Shown: positions 23,738-33,911 of the stretch, piece after piece
Layout: each line of letters begins with the position of its first letter
How positions within the stretch are numbered: the first letter of the stretch is position 1
Notes under the pieces: generated by a model
The model's database searches: none
What the model saw: the letters and a program-made list of their open reading frames with translations, nothing else
Told to the model about the DNA's origin: nothing
Virus record (IMG/VR): IMGVR_UViG_3300032218_002851
Location: 1 to 64,000 of that record
DNA: 64,000 nucleotides
Origin: a virus
Taxonomy: Duplodnaviria > Caudoviricetes
Direction: 5' to 3' (one strand)
Made by a program: the position numbers and the translations under genes

Positions 23738-26266
23738 CTAAAGATCTTGATTTTGCAATAATTTTTTAATAATTTGTTGAACAAAAGGATCCGACAACGG
23801 CAGTATTTTATGCTCAGCAGTGACTACACCAGTGATGTAGTACAATCGCCATAAAGTATCGCTTGAAATCTTTTGAAAAAACAAAGAATTATAATCTTGA
23901 TATGAGGTTGGTATCAAACGATAACTGAAAAAATTAGAATATTCAGGATAGTCTTTTTTAATTTTGCTGTCAGCAGAATCTGGAATAGAAATAATGTTAA
24001 GTCTTTCATGACGCATAAAATCACGCCGAAAAATAAAATTTTGGTCATAATTTAATTGACTCAGTAAATGTTCTAGCACAAGTCTTTTATTTTTAGAGTT
24101 GCAATATACGGTGAAATCAACCACCGGCATACCTTTTTCTCGAATTCCAGCAACTATCTTTTGCTTGTCAGTTAGTACACTGCCAAAAATTTTCGGATTG
24201 TTTTGGCCTACAAGCTGCACAAGTTTCTTGAGATATTCTTCTCGATAAGCATTTGGATCACTGGCTATTTGAATCGCACGAACAAATCTGCCGACTGAGT
24301 TTTTGACATCCTGTTGGCTTTCAAGATAATTGTTGCCAGCATGTCTGAAACTTATATATGTTTTATTTTTTTCTTTGCTTATACTTGCATAATGAGCATT
24401 AGTGATTGATTTGACTATTTTTTGCAAATACTTTTCGGCTTGTGCAATATTTTTTATTTTGGGTGTTTGTGCGTTTTTCAAATCTTGCAGCACACTGCGT
24501 GCAAATTCATTGTTTTCTCGATCAAACATTTGTAATATATAGCGGTCTCCGCTGAACAAAACCAGCTTCATTAAATCAATAGATTCTGGAATACTAACAT
24601 TAATATGTAAGCCGGTGCTTTCATTGGTATAAAGGTCTAACTCGTCAGCCAGATCATAAAACTTATCCAACCATGACATAGCAGTGTCAGGATCTACTGG
24701 TGGACTGACAATTTCCATGGTAGCGCCATAATGATCGCCAGGAGCATTCTCTAAACTTCCGTCAGGTTCTATATAAAAATCAGTGATATTTTTTTTACGT
24801 TGTTTGGTAGTACTGAACACATGCACAGGTCTGTTGTATACCCCAGACAGCTTGTTTTTGACTAACTGTTGTGCTAACAAACTTGAGTCTCTGGTAGCAA
24901 TAATCAATGAATCAATGCCTAAGACCCTATCTACATTTTTGGCATCATAATAAAAATAATCATCAAAATTATCATAAAATCTAGCAGGTAATTTAAGCAA
25001 TTTAGCAATATCAGTAGGATCTGAAAAAGTATTAGCTAAAATACTCAAGTCGTTAAAGTACTTGTAACCTCGGACACCAAGTACATGATCACGAAAGATG
25101 TTTCTATAATATCTCAATACGTATTGAGCGCGTGCCAACAATTTTGAATCTTTGACCAAGGTTTTCGGAGCTGATTCAATATGCTTTCTAGCTTCGCGTG
25201 CATAAGCAGCATCTAGTTTTGGTTCAATTGATATAATTTTCTTTTTGATGTTATCTACATACTTTTCGTATTTTACAAGTTTTGCTTCAAATGCTTCACT
25301 GGCAGTTTTGGAGTCAGGCGATTTACCGATCAAATGAAAAACGCGATCCCATAATTCTGGTGTTAACCGATCTGCGAGGTTATAATAGACATGATGCATG
25401 GACATTATCTGACCTATGCTTGAATCAGAATTTTTAACAAGATCATGAATCATATAGCCGTACATACAAACTTCAAATTCGAATCCTACCAACACTCCTT
25501 GTTCAGTGCCTTGTTGTATGCTTGTTTGAAAAGTCCTGGGACTCATTCTCACTTCATGTATTTCATTTTCATCAAGACTAAGTTCAGCATCTTGTTGTTT
25601 GCGACGAGCAACAACTAGTTTTTCTATATAGCCCTCGTTGCGTAAAATCTTGAAGGTTAGATTTTCTGGTCCAAATTCACCAGTGGCAGCCAAACCATTT
25701 TTGCGCATGCGTTTGATTTTGTTGAACAGATTGCCCATTTCTTCCTGATCATTGGATGCAATGGACTTTTGTATACGCATGATCAGATCTTGTACTTTGT
25801 GATTTACATCTTGATCATTTATTTTTGGCGGATTATATTCTGGTTTTTTAATCCAACGATTATCGAGAATGCTGTAAATTCCACCGCTGACCGGGGGTGT
25901 TTCCACATCTTCCACATACAGTTCAGCTTCGTGGCCACGAATCTTGATATCGTGTTCATCGTTCCAGATTTTTTTCTTGGCAGTATAGAATGCTTCTGCT
26001 AGGTCGTCACATTGCAAATCACTGTAACGTGTGACTACATGAATATCAAAGTCTGAATAATCAGTGTAGTTATAGTTAGCCATGCTGCCAGTCAGCACAA
26101 TATCCAATGTTTCAAAATCAGGAATATCCAGTGATTCACGAAATACAGTGGCAATCTGCATGAGTTTTTTGCGAACTTCAGGTCGTAGTTTTTCGCCCTG
26201 CCATGCCAAAGGACAAAGTTTACTGTGGTATTCTACATTGCTTTTGGTGTAATCATCAAGTCTCAT
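23738..26266 (-). CDS. Nucleotidyltransferase fused to amidoligase-like domain
   Basis: N-terminal GSMANY..YSDFDIH (Pol-beta NTase); C-terminal GFEFE, EPDGSL, MEIVSPP, STGLHINVS and FRHAG. Confidence 0.75.
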   Translation of the reverse strand: MRLDDYTKSNVEYHSKLCPLAWQGEKLRPEVRKKLMQIATVFRESLDIPDFETLDIVLTGSMANYNYTDYSDFDIHVVTRYSDLQCDDLAEAFYTAKKKIWNDEHDIKIRGHEAELYVEDVETPPVSGGIYSILDNRWIKKPEYNPPKINDQDVNHKVQDLIMRIQKSIASNDQEEMGNLFNKIKRMRKNGLAATGEFGPENLTFKILRNEGYIEKLVVARRKQQDAELSLDENEIHEVRMSPRTFQTSIQQGTEQGVLVGFEFEVCMYGYMIHDLVKNSDSSIGQIMSMHHVYYNLADRLTPELWDRVFHLIGKSPDSKTASEAFEAKLVKYEKYVDNIKKKIISIEPKLDAAYAREARKHIESAPKTLVKDSKLLARAQYVLRYYRNIFRDHVLGVRGYKYFNDLSILANTFSDPTDIAKLLKLPARFYDNFDDYFYYDAKNVDRVLGIDSLIIATRDSSLLAQQLVKNKLSGVYNRPVHVFSTTKQRKKNITDFYIEPDGSLENAPGDHYGATMEIVSPPVDPDTAMSWLDKFYDLADELDLYTNESTGLHINVSIPESIDLMKLVLFSGDRYILQMFDRENNEFARSVLQDLKNAQTPKIKNIAQAEKYLQKIVKSITNAHYASISKEKNKTYISFRHAGNNYLESQQDVKNSVGRFVRAIQIASDPNAYREEYLKKLVQLVGQNNPKIFGSVLTDKQKIVAGIREKGMPVVDFTVYCNSKNKRLVLEHLLSQLNYDQNFIFRRDFMRHERLNIISIPDSADSKIKKDYPEYSNFFSYRLIPTSYQDYNSLFFQKISSDTLWRLYYITGVVTAEHKILPLSDPFVQQIIKKLLQNQDL

Positions 26267-26648
26267 TGCGTAAATCTTTTAGTAAATCAGGATGTGCATG
26301 ATCGAAATGACGCATAACAATACCAGCCACCGAATTTGCTTCGTTTTCTTGAGGACTGCCAGTGTGACCAGCTTTTGGACCAAGTTCGCCGCGCAATTCT
26401 TGTCGCCAATGTACCAATTCATGTGCTAGAGTGCGAAGTACATCAATCACATGGCGATTGCCTGCTACAACTCTGATATTACCATCATGATACTTGCCGA
26501 AAGTTCCGTCTAGGCCAGTGTCTAGAAAAATAATTTTAGGCAGTTCTTTTATTCCCAGTCTTTTTTGGGCAAAAGGTATAAATCTCACAAGAATTTTTTC
26601 TAATTTGGGGTGGCTTACACCTTCGATGCTGAAATCATTTGCTCTCAT
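26256..26648 (-). CDS. HExxH zinc metallopeptidase-like protein
   Basis: VLRTLAHELVHWRQ...GSPQENEANSVAG. Confidence 0.7.
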   Translation of the reverse strand: MRANDFSIEGVSHPKLEKILVRFIPFAQKRLGIKELPKIIFLDTGLDGTFGKYHDGNIRVVAGNRHVIDVLRTLAHELVHWRQELRGELGPKAGHTGSPQENEANSVAGIVMRHFDHAHPDLLKDLRNET

Positions 26649-26658
26649 AATGATATAT

Positions 26659-28536
26659 TTAGTTTCGCTTACGCATTATATCAATTGCTTTGGCTGTTCG
26701 TTTGGTCATTTGTTCACGATCAATAAAATCTGTTATATCCATTGTTCGCAAGTCATAGTCTGTTTGTTTTAGATTGTTGTCGTTAATAAATATTAATGCC
26801 TCAATGCGAGCCTCAGGCCAAATTGTACCGGGAAAATACGCAACAGCTTGCGTTGGGTTTGTCTTTTTAACTAATTTATATCCCTCTGATGCTTTTCCAG
26901 CAGTTTTTTCTCTGACCACTTCACTTGCCCAAAGCTTTTTAAATGTGCTGATGTTTATTTTTTTAGAAAAGTATTGGCTGATCAGCGTGGACATATAGTT
27001 AGAAGGCACATCTGGCTGCAAAATTTTATACAGCTTTTTTGCATATTCTTCTTGGGCAGCATTTGGATCATTGGCAATTGTCATGGCTTTGGCAACTCTT
27101 AGTAACACAAAATTCAGTTTTTCTACATCATCAAAGTAGTTTGGAGCAGCACTAGCAGTGGGCTGGCCGTCTTTGGCTGCATCATACGCATGACCCACGC
27201 TGCGTATTTCTACATAGTCCTTTCGTGGATTAATACTGAAGTATTTGCCAAAATCAAACTGTATCAAAGCTTGTTGTATACTTTGGTAATACCCATCGCG
27301 CAATGCTGAAATAGCCTGGTTTATGTTTTCAGTATTTTGAGATGCGAGTTTCTCAACAAATGATTGTGTAAAGTTATTGCTTAGTCGTCTAAAAAGAGAG
27401 AGTATTTGTTTGTCGCCGAGAAATACAGCGAATTTCACCAAGTCTATATTCATCACAGGCAAGCTGACGTTTATGTGAAATCCTGTGCTGGGATTGCTTT
27501 TGCCGCCGCATTCTTTCACCCAATCAAAAAATTTAGGTAATATAGCAAGACAACTTTGCAGTGACATAGGTGGAGAAACAATCTCACACGGCAGTTCATT
27601 TGGCGCATAATCCTTGATACTGGAATCTGGTTCTATTATCCATGTATCTTTGATTCTTGGTATGCCGTGATAAGCACTACTGAAATCTACTTTTACACCT
27701 AGATATTCGCGCAAAGAATCAGCTATTGTGGCAGCATTGGCGTTGGAAAAACCTAATGCAGAGTCAAGATTGCCACTCAGAGTTAAATATGGCCAAGGTA
27801 GATCTAATATATTGGCTGCACTCTTCATATCCACAATTCTTTTTGTCTCTAAAAAATGCGTTAAAAATTCGGGTGCATCATACCGTTCATAATAGGATTC
27901 TGTAAATTTTTTCTTTACTCTTTGATATAATTCATTTTTCGTAGAAATAGCATCTTCAATTACATTTTCTAGTTCAACCAATGCATCCCGGCGTGCTTGA
28001 AGATATCTGTTAGCCAAGTCGTTTTGTTCAACATTTAGATTGTCGCTGCCATCGTTCTTCCAATTCTGATAAGATTGGTGCGCAAGTTTAATTTGTTTAT
28101 CACTGAGCCCTTGAGATTTTAGTAGGTCGTGGGTTGTCTTTTCTCGTAATCCGTTGTTTCTAAGAACCTCGTCAAACACTTTTCGATATTCATGAAAGGC
28201 AAAATCTGATTCTATTTTATCCACGAACCAAGATTTATATAACAGCTTTAACGCATCGACTTTTTTTTGTACCAGTGAGCGTGGCGTGCGGACAGAACCG
28301 GTGGCTGATGAGAAAAAATCAATGATCTTATTCCAGCTTACGCCAGCCTCTGGATTTAATAATTTATTTTTAGAATAGTCTGGACTTTCTTTTTTTTGTA
28401 ATCCGGTTTGAGTTAATATCAACTCTGCTTCAAATCCAACTTTAATACCTTCTGTTGCCTTGCCCTGAGCAAATTTTTCCAAAGTCTTTGGCGTAATTTT
28501 GATTTCACTCAGAGGTTTGATTTCACCATATCTCAT
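26659..28536 (-). CDS. Amidoligase-like (COOH-NH2 ligase) protein
   Basis: GFEAE, EPDSSI, EIVSPP, STGFHINVS, KYFSIN and VEIRS. Confidence 0.75.
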   Translation of the reverse strand: MRYGEIKPLSEIKITPKTLEKFAQGKATEGIKVGFEAELILTQTGLQKKESPDYSKNKLLNPEAGVSWNKIIDFFSSATGSVRTPRSLVQKKVDALKLLYKSWFVDKIESDFAFHEYRKVFDEVLRNNGLREKTTHDLLKSQGLSDKQIKLAHQSYQNWKNDGSDNLNVEQNDLANRYLQARRDALVELENVIEDAISTKNELYQRVKKKFTESYYERYDAPEFLTHFLETKRIVDMKSAANILDLPWPYLTLSGNLDSALGFSNANAATIADSLREYLGVKVDFSSAYHGIPRIKDTWIIEPDSSIKDYAPNELPCEIVSPPMSLQSCLAILPKFFDWVKECGGKSNPSTGFHINVSLPVMNIDLVKFAVFLGDKQILSLFRRLSNNFTQSFVEKLASQNTENINQAISALRDGYYQSIQQALIQFDFGKYFSINPRKDYVEIRSVGHAYDAAKDGQPTASAAPNYFDDVEKLNFVLLRVAKAMTIANDPNAAQEEYAKKLYKILQPDVPSNYMSTLISQYFSKKINISTFKKLWASEVVREKTAGKASEGYKLVKKTNPTQAVAYFPGTIWPEARIEALIFINDNNLKQTDYDLRTMDITDFIDREQMTKRTAKAIDIMRKRN

Positions 28537-30737
28537 CGGATTTGCCTGATATCCAGATCATCGAATGTCATGTTAGCAAACATATCTGCTGGATAAGGTT
28601 TTTTGATTGCTGCTTGCCAAGCATCGTGTTCATTAGCAGCATCTACTTCTAGATAACGAGTATCGTGATTAGTTCCTGCATAGCGTTTGAATCCCACCAT
28701 ATAGCGTTTTAGTTTGGTGGATGATTTTGGTTCGTCAGTCTTTTTTGAACTGCTGATTTTTTGGGCTAGTAGTTGGCGCTGAGTAGCAAGATCACTGATT
28801 TCACTGCCTTCTGCCTTGTTGATTTCATAACCATATTTTAAAAAGTCTCGTAGTGATCCATTGCCGTATTTGTTGAATGCTGCTCGCAATGCCTCCCACC
28901 CAATCATATCAGGTAAAAACATCACCTGCTCTTGATTTATATCAGATATAACCCAATCATGTTTTTTAAAGTCTGATGTATCTTGTTGTTCTTTGGGCTT
29001 GACAGATGCAAGTACCTTGTCGGCCCATTCTTTTTTAAGAGTGTTTGAATTGATCAACCCTACCATGTATTTGCAGAATAATCCAATGATATCATCCATT
29101 TCGGTTGGATCTACTGAAACTCTGGATCCTTTGGTTCTTACATCAGAAGAAGCAAATTTTGTCTGATGATATTTCGTAAAGCCTTTTGCGGTAGACTCAG
29201 GATCAGTGTCTTTTGGATTCCAATATTTCAGAATGGTCGGTGATAATACTTTATACAACTTCTTGAAGTATTCATTTCGTTCTGCTTCAGGATTTGCAGC
29301 AATATACATTGCCTGAGCATAGCGCATTAAAGTGTTTTTCAATTTGTCAATATCATCAAAATAATCTTTTCCGCCGGCGCTGCGAAATTCTACATAATTT
29401 GCTTTAGGATTAATACTGAAATATTTGCCAAATCCTTGGCCGCCAGCGGAACTCTGATGTATCATAAAATGTGATGCATCGGTTATTCCCTTGCGCAAAT
29501 CTTCAAATGCACGTATCAGCATTGCTGTGTCTCTGGCTGCATTGGCCGGGCTATGATTGGACCTTATATTTTTGATTGTGGTTTTTATTCTTTTTAAAAA
29601 ACTTTCTGCATATGTACTATTTTGTCTTTTAAACTGCTTTAGCACATATTCATCACCCAGAAATAATGCTAATTTAACGGTATCAAGATTTGCAGTAGTC
29701 TGACTAGACAAGCTGACACCCATGTGAAATCCTGTGCTTTTGTTTGAATAAGCATTATTATCTTTTGCCCATGCAAAAAATTCAGGCAACCAATACTCTA
29801 CTACTTCTTTCAACGGCTTGGGTGGACTTATAATTTCAATCGGTAAATCTCTCATATCATCAACGATAATACTGCTATCTGCTTCAAATACCCAGTTATT
29901 CCCGTCTCTTGTGGCAGTATGATAGCCTGAACTGACTTTAACGGTTTCCTCACGGAATGTGCGTCTAAAATCATCTGCCAAGTCTCTAGCAGAAGCTTCA
30001 ACATATTCGCCCTGTTCATCACCGACGGCTATAAAAGGCCATTCAAGATCGTATGCATTAGCTACTTCCATCATTGAATCATATGTCTGTTGTACCCAGT
30101 AATCTTCATCGAGATCAAACTCGTCGGTAAATTCATCTCTTGCTTGACTCCAGTATACTCCTTGGGATCTTATCTCATCTTCTACTTTTTCTTCAAACTC
30201 TGCGTTAGCAGCGTCATATGCTTCATCATAAGTTTCTCGGTCCACGCTGTCACCACGCCGTAAGATGCGTTCAACATCTTCTTCTGAATATTTGTTGCGT
30301 AGTTTATCAGCAACTTCGATTTCTTCGTCCCATGATTCTTGGCGCATTAGTTCAGTAACTAGTTCAAGTTCAGATTCTGCAAACGATTCATCAATTTGTT
30401 TATCAACCCAGACACGATATTCCTCTCGCATTTCATATTCTAATCTTTGTCTGCCAGTCCGCGCTAATCCAAGATTAAAATCATCATTTGAGAAGAAACG
30501 TAGTACGTCCGGGATGCTGACTGGTCTTTCATCCATTTCATAATCTGGCTCCCCTTGTATGTTTGAATCTTGCACACCCATTCCTTCAAATACCAATTCA
30601 GCTTCAAAGCCAGCCATCATGCCTTCAGCAGCAGGACTGTTCATGAACTTGGTAAGCGCGGTAGGATCCATGCGTACTTCATCTAAAATTTGCTCAGATT
30701 CTTTTTTTGGTGCTAACTTGAAGTCTTTAAATTTCAT
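28533..30737 (-). CDS. Amidoligase-like (COOH-NH2 ligase) protein with acidic insert
   Basis: GFEAE, EADSSI, EIISPP, STGFHMGVS, KYFSIN and VEFRSAGG. Confidence 0.75.
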   Translation of the reverse strand: MKFKDFKLAPKKESEQILDEVRMDPTALTKFMNSPAAEGMMAGFEAELVFEGMGVQDSNIQGEPDYEMDERPVSIPDVLRFFSNDDFNLGLARTGRQRLEYEMREEYRVWVDKQIDESFAESELELVTELMRQESWDEEIEVADKLRNKYSEEDVERILRRGDSVDRETYDEAYDAANAEFEEKVEDEIRSQGVYWSQARDEFTDEFDLDEDYWVQQTYDSMMEVANAYDLEWPFIAVGDEQGEYVEASARDLADDFRRTFREETVKVSSGYHTATRDGNNWVFEADSSIIVDDMRDLPIEIISPPKPLKEVVEYWLPEFFAWAKDNNAYSNKSTGFHMGVSLSSQTTANLDTVKLALFLGDEYVLKQFKRQNSTYAESFLKRIKTTIKNIRSNHSPANAARDTAMLIRAFEDLRKGITDASHFMIHQSSAGGQGFGKYFSINPKANYVEFRSAGGKDYFDDIDKLKNTLMRYAQAMYIAANPEAERNEYFKKLYKVLSPTILKYWNPKDTDPESTAKGFTKYHQTKFASSDVRTKGSRVSVDPTEMDDIIGLFCKYMVGLINSNTLKKEWADKVLASVKPKEQQDTSDFKKHDWVISDINQEQVMFLPDMIGWEALRAAFNKYGNGSLRDFLKYGYEINKAEGSEISDLATQRQLLAQKISSSKKTDEPKSSTKLKRYMVGFKRYAGTNHDTRYLEVDAANEHDAWQAAIKKPYPADMFANMTFDDLDIRQIR

Positions 30738-30750
30738 TTTTTATCTTCCT

Positions 30751-31560
30751 TTAGTCTGAGCTTGACCCACATTTCTGGCGCTTAAGATTAGTCAGCTGAC
30801 CATAATCAACAGGCCATTCTTTGCCCGGCTGAAGCTCTATTGCGCCTTCGGGAAATGCAAACCGAACGCCAGCTGCTTGTTCGATTTGGGCAATGGGTAA
30901 TCTGAACTTAGTAAGGTCTGTGCCTAACTTTTCTGCATGAGGAAATAACCAGCCTGCGACTTGTTTTGTTTGGTCATCTATTACAATCTTATAGAACGCA
31001 TGAGGAACTACAACATGATTTTTTCCAATCTGCTTGTCTTGGGCATTGTAGATACCACCTACATAAACAGTAAAGCTCTGATTTAACTGAACAGTCCATC
31101 CACGGACACTGGTTTCTAGTAACTTCCATATTGCCCTATTAAATCCAGGCAGCTGCGGACTCATATTAGTCATGAGAAATGATTCATATTCCACTTGTTG
31201 ATCCCAGCTTAGATCTCCGTCTGGACTCATATGACCTTTATCATAGCCAGTACCTGCATAATCGTCTGCAACAGCGCCGCCAGGTACACTTTGGTCAGCC
31301 ACAAAAGCATTAGTGCGTGCAACACAGCCTAGTGCATTTTGTGGACGTAGAGAATAAGTTACGAACTTAGGTAGTTTTGCTGCAGCGTCATATCCCACCA
31401 GATATGCTTGACGACAAATCGGAGCAACATCTGCTGTTTGTGGAAATCCATAAGGACTGTGTACCTGACATTCCTGTAAAGGCAAAGGCTGACGTTGAGT
31501 CCATGCGTGAACTGTTATTGTGCAAAACAATAACATAATAGAAACTACTAGATTTTTCAT
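30751..31560 (-). CDS. DNA/RNA non-specific endonuclease (NucA-type) with signal peptide
   Basis: YDKGHMSP, ESFLMTNMSPQ..FNR.IW..LE and VPHAFYKIV; start adjusted to MKNLV. Confidence 0.9.
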   Translation of the reverse strand: MKNLVVSIMLLFCTITVHAWTQRQPLPLQECQVHSPYGFPQTADVAPICRQAYLVGYDAAAKLPKFVTYSLRPQNALGCVARTNAFVADQSVPGGAVADDYAGTGYDKGHMSPDGDLSWDQQVEYESFLMTNMSPQLPGFNRAIWKLLETSVRGWTVQLNQSFTVYVGGIYNAQDKQIGKNHVVVPHAFYKIVIDDQTKQVAGWLFPHAEKLGTDLTKFRLPIAQIEQAAGVRFAFPEGAIELQPGKEWPVDYGQLTNLKRQKCGSSSD

Positions 31561-31594
31561 ACTTGATTCTCCAATATAAAGTATCAAGTATTTA
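31559..31594 (-). promoter_or_regulatory. Late promoter TAAATA overlapping 5' arm of start-codon hairpin
   Basis: atacttgat / atcaagtat 9-bp arms; TAAATA at 31589-31594. Confidence 0.5.
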
Positions 31595-31618
31595 TCTGCT
31601 AGCTACTGTCGGCTTATT

Positions 31619-32110
31619 CTAACATTTAGAGAGGTCCTGGTATTTGAACCATTTATGTGCGTCGTGCACTGTTTTTAAATATAATCCGTTCATGGCTAAT
31701 CGCTCACGCCATGCAAAAAAACTAGGTCCATGTCCGTTGCCGCCAGTGTATATATCTCTCCCGTGCAGCTGACGATGTTCCCAACGATATATATCCCAAA
31801 CAAATTGGTGAACCATTTCATGCGCTAGTATGTTAATAAGCCATTGTTGGCAGAACCACTTGTCAGATAATCGCATCCAGCAATAGCTGCCAGTCTGTTG
31901 TAGATCATTTTCCCAATGACATACACCCCAAACCTTATGAATGCGACCGACAAATATAACAGGAGATTTTAGCTGACCGTCAAAACAGTTTTGGTTAATC
32001 AACTCGTAATAATAATCGATTTCGTCAAGAGATGGACGATATTGCAGTTTGCGTTGATAGGTCTTGCTGGGCAGTGGCTGTTGCATTAGCCTCTTGATAA
32101 GGTCAGACAT
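31619..32110 (-). CDS. SprT-like zinc metalloprotease
   Basis: YYELINQNCFDG.L...ILAHEMVHQ...GHGPSF. Confidence 0.85.
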   Translation of the reverse strand: MSDLIKRLMQQPLPSKTYQRKLQYRPSLDEIDYYYELINQNCFDGQLKSPVIFVGRIHKVWGVCHWENDLQQTGSYCWMRLSDKWFCQQWLINILAHEMVHQFVWDIYRWEHRQLHGRDIYTGGNGHGPSFFAWRERLAMNGLYLKTVHDAHKWFKYQDLSKC

Positions 32111-32112
32111 AT

Positions 32113-32150
32113 TGGTCCTCTTTGGTATTTACGTGAACCAAAGAGGACCA
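32113..32150 (-). promoter_or_regulatory. Late promoter in loop of 14-bp RBS-sequestering hairpin
   Basis: tggtcctctttggt / accaaagaggacca; TAAATA at 32126-32131; AGAGGA RBS in 3' arm. Confidence 0.75.
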
Positions 32151-32321
32151 TAATGTATGTAGTTTACGACATTCGTCGCTTGTAGTAAGTCACTGCGTCA
32201 ACCAATGCCTGTTCGGCAGTCTTTTTGTCAGTATTGCCTTCAGTCATGATATATCGCACAGCATCACGAGTGTTTAGCTGACGGTGAAAGGTAGCCTGGA
32301 TAGCTGCATTTTCGATATTGT

Positions 32322-32579
32322 TCATTTAGTCTTCTCCTTGTTGATAATACTTTTGGTCTTTAGTGCCTCGATAATAGTTTTGATATGTGACTTCAATACT
32401 GTATCGCTGATCTGATCAGGTATGCTAGATCGAGGCCATTCGATAAGAAATGGGCAGCAATCACGCCAGGATCCATTTTCAATATAGTGTTGAAACTCCT
32501 TGAGGTCCTCAAGATCATTGGGATTGAAATATCGTTTAGGTGCTGTAATCAGCACACTTGCGCCGGCAGGTTTATACAT
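32322..32579 (-). CDS. Conserved hypothetical protein
   Basis: KRYFNP..L.DL.EF..Y.....W...CPF.IEWP...IP. Confidence 0.65.
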   Translation of the reverse strand: MYKPAGASVLITAPKRYFNPNDLEDLKEFQHYIENGSWRDCCPFLIEWPRSSIPDQISDTVLKSHIKTIIEALKTKSIINKEKTK

Positions 32580-32884
32580 TAGTTCCTCAAAAAAATATTA
32601 CAGATACGTTGCGCATCACTGAGGTCCGTGACATTATCAGTCAATTCAAGCTCACGGACTACTAGCTCGTTTTTAGCACGCTGAAGTAATTCCAGTGCAT
32701 ATTCTAGATCGTCTAAACTAACCACTGTGGCCCATGCCTGCCACTGAGTATCAGTGCGGAGGCTTTGAAGGAAACGGAGGTTACTGAGGTCATGTTCATT
32801 GAAAGAAGAATAAAGATACATTTTAGCACACCAAATATTTACCGAATGCATCATGAAGATCGATGTTTGCCTCAAACCATTCAT
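32579..32884 (-). CDS. Hypothetical protein
   Basis: NLRFL...W.....DDLEYALELL; true start probably internal. Confidence 0.5.
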   Translation of the reverse strand: MNGLRQTSIFMMHSVNIWCAKMYLYSSFNEHDLSNLRFLQSLRTDTQWQAWATVVSLDDLEYALELLQRAKNELVVRELELTDNVTDLSDAQRICNIFLRN

Positions 32885-33021
32885 CAGTTCCCCACATACA
32901 TTGGTCTATAGCCGTCAACATGATTTGAAAATCATCTGACAGTTCAGTGGGGATCAGATAATGATTACAGTCGTAATCACGAACCTGAATTGCATCAATC
33001 ATAATATATTTCCTTTAACTG

Positions 33022-33438
33022 TTATTTGTCTGAATCAATTGCTTCTGATAGTTTACGGAATTCATCCCGGTCATCATAATCTACAAACCATTCACCACGC
33101 CAAATGTAATTGTACTCTTCAAAATGGCAATTTTGCTGATAGTCATTGAAATCATCGTATTGCTTTGTTGCTACACCAGCTTCTCCGCGATCGCGGCCGT
33201 AGTATACGGTGCAATCTGTCTCTGGAAAACTAAAAGAGTGCTTTTCAGTTTTTGGCTCAATGTACTTGCCCAGAACACTGATGTCACCCAGTTTGACAAG
33301 CTCAGTTGCCAGATTCTGGCTGTTGTAATGTTTCAAGAGAATTAATCCGTTGTGAGACAGGTAACCATCCCAATGACAATAGACCATTTGGATCTGTCCA
33401 TTGTCGAGTTCAACTGCGATAGTACTACGTGTGGCCAT
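33022..33438 (-). CDS. Conserved early phage protein (YCHWDGY family)
   Basis: MATRSTIAV...VYCHWDGY...YYGRDRGE. Confidence 0.75.
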   Translation of the reverse strand: MATRSTIAVELDNGQIQMVYCHWDGYLSHNGLILLKHYNSQNLATELVKLGDISVLGKYIEPKTEKHSFSFPETDCTVYYGRDRGEAGVATKQYDDFNDYQQNCHFEEYNYIWRGEWFVDYDDRDEFRKLSEAIDSDK

Positions 33439-33464
33439 TGTAATTGATCCTTTATTAACAGGAG

Positions 33465-33878
33465 TTAGATGAGTGCGTAGGGTTTGTTCCACTTGCCGAT
33501 GTTCACATCCACATACCAGCCCACATCAAAATAATCGCTCATGATATCACTGCGGTCATGATTGCCTGCATTTAGGGCGGGCACAACTTCCATGAGGAAA
33601 TTCAAGGCTTTGCCAGAGAAATGTTCGTGATACCAATACGGATTGACGCAGACGCTACCCACCGCCTTGTTAAAAACGCGACCTTGGTCACGGAAGCGAG
33701 CAAGTTCACCAGCGATTTCGTTGAAGTTGCTGATAAAGTCGATTGGACCTTGAGTTACCGTCAGCACCAAGGTCATGTGATTTTTAACGCTAATCGATCC
33801 TTTGAGGCCGTATTTCTTAAGGATAGCCTTGACCGTCGGCGCAATTTCCGCTTTCTTTTCTTGTGACATGTAAGCCAT
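33465..33878 (-). CDS. Conserved early phage protein
   Basis: MAYMSQEKKA.IA...SDIMSDYFDVGWYVDVNIGKWNKPY. Confidence 0.75.
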   Translation of the reverse strand: MAYMSQEKKAEIAPTVKAILKKYGLKGSISVKNHMTLVLTVTQGPIDFISNFNEIAGELARFRDQGRVFNKAVGSVCVNPYWYHEHFSGKALNFLMEVVPALNAGNHDRSDIMSDYFDVGWYVDVNIGKWNKPYALI

Positions 33879-33911
33879 TTTTGTGACCTCGTTCAGTGTT
33901 TCAGTGTGAAT

